Shown here piece by piece: positions 22,159 through 24,000 of a DNA stretch of 24,000 nucleotides. The translations under genes were made by a program, and so were the position numbers. How positions within the stretch are numbered: the stretch's first letter is position 1; each line of letters begins with the position of its first letter. The notes beneath the pieces were generated by a model. That model was given only the letters and a program-made list of their open reading frames with translations, did no database searches and was not told the DNA's origin. Origin of the DNA: Pyrinomonadaceae bacterium (lineage in GTDB: Bacteria; Acidobacteriota; Blastocatellia; Pyrinomonadales; Pyrinomonadaceae); NCBI GenBank assembly GCA_013003215.1, contig JABDKD010000164.1, forward strand, positions 1 through 24,000. Reading direction: 5' to 3'.

Positions 22159-22350
22159 CTTGCCGCATACGCGGCTCAATGTGTTTGATCACGCAGGTAT
22201 TCCCCATCACGAACTGGAGCGGGTTACCACAACATGTCCTTTCTTGAGACAGCCGCGGACCCACCAGATATGTAAATAGGATCTGCAATGAGCAAACTGA
22301 GATCAACCAGAGATTCAACGCCAATCTGTAGACACCTGTCCCCGCGCGCT

Positions 22351-22367
22351 GTTAAAATTGTTTTAAC
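22351..22367. promoter_or_regulatory. AT-rich perfect dyad GTTAAAA-TTG-TTTTAAC upstream of the beta-helix gene
   Basis: Seen in sequence about 105 nt upstream of ATG 22471. Calling it a protein-binding site is inference only. Confidence 0.2.
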
Positions 22368-22470
22368 AACCAATCGAATCGGTGCCACTATTTCAGCTAA
22401 CCGGCCCGATTCAAAACCTTACGGGATATCTCAGTTCCGCTCTCCAATTGGAATCCCCAAATAAGAATAA

Positions 22471-24000
22471 ATGCGTAAGATTCTCAAATTTGTTTTTATT
22501 GGCCTATTTCTGTTCGTATGCGGAACTTCCTTTGGAGCAGTCTACGATGTAGGCCCTTCGCGTTCTCTGACCTCTATCGCTGATGTACCCTGGGCGACCC
22601 TGCAACCGGGCGACACGGTTCTTATCCATTGGCGGCAGACGCCTTACAAGGAAAAATGGGTTATCTGCAGACAGGGCTCCGCAAATGCTCCGATAACGAT
22701 CAGCGGGGTTCCAAACGCAAATGGAGATCTTCCCATCATCGACGGGAACGGAGCTGTGACCCCGGCCGGCCTGAATTTCTGGAACGAAGAAAGAGGCGTG
22801 ATCAAGATCGGAGGCGCAAACATACCGTCCGACACGATGCCAATGCATATCATCGTCGAAAACCTGGAGATCCGCAGTGCCCATCCGAATTATCAATTTA
22901 CGAACGACGGCGGAAATACTCAGAGCTACATCAACAACGCAGCCGGGATATATGTCGAAAAGGGCGAAAATATTGTCCTTCGAAACAACATCCTCCATGA
23001 CAATGGAAACGGCCTTTTTATAGGTTCGCCGAACTCCACACCTTCCCGTGACATACTCATAGAGGGCAACTACCTCCATGGCAACGGCGTGGTTGGAAGC
23101 GCTTTCTACCACAACAATTACACCGCAGCACTCAATATCACGTTTCAGTTCAACAGGTTCGGCCCGCTCAGACCCGGAGCAGACGGGAATAACCTGAAGG
23201 ACCGGTCGGCCGGAACGGTAGTTCGGTACAACTGGATCGAAAGCGGCAACCGTCAACTGGATCTAGTCGATGCGGAAGACTCATCTGTGATCGCCAAAGC
23301 TCCCGAGTACCAAAAAACATTTGTATATGGAAACGTATTGATCGAGCCGGACGGCGCGGGAAACTCACAGATCGTGCACTACGGCGGCGACAGTGGCATC
23401 ACCTCGCAGTATCGAAAAGGAAAACTCTATTTCTACAACAACACGGTCGTATCGACCCGTTCCGGCAACACGACGCTTTTCCGTTTATCCACCAACAACG
23501 AATCGGCCGATGCGAGAAACAACATCTTCTATGTGACCGCGACCGGAAACCGACTGGCGCTTCTAAACGCGGCAGGAGTCCTGGACCTTACGCACAACTG
23601 GTTCAAATCCGGCTATCGTGGTTCTCACGGAACCGTTACCGGAACGATCAATGACGCCGGTACGTCCGTAATCGACACGGTACCCGGATTTGTAAATGCA
23701 TCTCTACAGGATTTCGGCTTGAGCGATGGCTCGTCCGCCACCAATGCGGGAACAATACTTCACCCAGACGTACTCCCGGCCCACGCGGTTTCATATGAGT
23801 ACAAAAAACACGGGCAGTCAGCCACCCGGCAGGATGATGGACAGATTGATCTAGGAGCATTCGAAAAGGCCGATCTTCAAATCTCGACGACGGGTCTGGA
23901 TTCGGGTCGTCGAGGAAGAGGTTATCGAGATCAGCTACTCGCTGCCGGCGGTTCCGGTTCATATGTATGGTCTGTGGCAACAGGAGATTTGCCTCCCGGA
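22471..24000 (+). CDS. secreted right-handed parallel beta-helix protein (pectate-lyase-fold) with a C-terminal putative Ig-like (He_PIG-type) domain beginning; 3' end beyond the window
   Basis: By hand translation, ATG 22471 opens a frame of 510 codons with no stop to the window edge. That is why it is missing from the ORF track. The signal peptide is MRKILKFVFIGLFLFVCGTSFGA. Repeated beta-helix turns are visible (NNAAGIYVEKGENIVLRNNILHDNGNGLFIG...IEGNYLHGNG...). The end, YRDQLLAAGGSGSYVWSVATGDLPPG, matches the putative-Ig-domain pattern. Confidence 0.85.
   Translation, partial: MRKILKFVFIGLFLFVCGTSFGAVYDVGPSRSLTSIADVPWATLQPGDTVLIHWRQTPYKEKWVICRQGSANAPITISGVPNANGDLPIIDGNGAVTPAGLNFWNEERGVIKIGGANIPSDTMPMHIIVENLEIRSAHPNYQFTNDGGNTQSYINNAAGIYVEKGENIVLRNNILHDNGNGLFIGSPNSTPSRDILIEGNYLHGNGVVGSAFYHNNYTAALNITFQFNRFGPLRPGADGNNLKDRSAGTVVRYNWIESGNRQLDLVDAEDSSVIAKAPEYQKTFVYGNVLIEPDGAGNSQIVHYGGDSGITSQYRKGKLYFYNNTVVSTRSGNTTLFRLSTNNESADARNNIFYVTATGNRLALLNAAGVLDLTHNWFKSGYRGSHGTVTGTINDAGTSVIDTVPGFVNASLQDFGLSDGSSATNAGTILHPDVLPAHAVSYEYKKHGQSATRQDDGQIDLGAFEKADLQISTTGLDSGRRGRGYRDQLLAAGGSGSYVWSVATGDLPPG

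Noticed and set aside
21782-22324. ORFs 21782-22324 (minus, 180 aa) and 21825-22100 (plus, 91 aa) across the AGGAG array and hairpin module
   Set aside because: The translations are low-complexity (Arg/Ser/Pro or Gly/Arg/Glu runs) generated by the repeats. The minus ORF also overlaps the thioesterase N-terminus out of frame.
22504-23256. 250-aa minus-strand ORF
   Set aside because: It is the antisense shadow of the open-ended plus-strand beta-helix gene (22471 onward). That gene has a signal peptide and family motifs, and the minus-strand translation has none.

Overview
This is a chromosomal segment that looks like an Acidobacteriota-type genome. That placement is inference only, based on two outer-membrane proteins with N-terminal carboxypeptidase-regulatory-like domains and a secreted TPR-CHAT protein. 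I support 16 protein-coding genes, two of them partial at the window edges and absent from the ORF track. They are a TonB-dependent receptor, a GT4 glycosyltransferase, a three-gene radical-SAM 'selenodomain'/arsenosugar-type set (DUF2064/TIGR04282-like transferase, AhpD-like CxxC protein, ArsS-like radical SAM enzyme), a class IV aminotransferase coupled to a large PDZ-GAF-PAS histidine kinase, a second beta-barrel protein, gltX with an overlapping membrane-anchored ACP-like ORF, a secreted hypothetical, a TPR-CHAT protein, a DnaQ/RNase D-like exonuclease, a PaaI thioesterase and a right-handed beta-helix protein. There is also one tRNA-Ser(GCU). No transposase, integrase, CRISPR array or recognisable defence operon is present. 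Three things deserve a second look. First, a frame-broken coding signal that no ORF caller lists sits just upstream of the AhpD-like gene; it ends Cys-TGA in frame with that gene. Second, two intergenic modules share one layout, a purine-rich AGG/GGA short-period array followed by a string of GC-rich hairpins, and one of them is closed by a perfect 16-nt inverted repeat. Third, nearly every longer spacer carries its own 7-8 nt tandem motif, and a 28-nt direct repeat overlaps the exonuclease start. All functional calls come from motifs read by eye; no database search was run.
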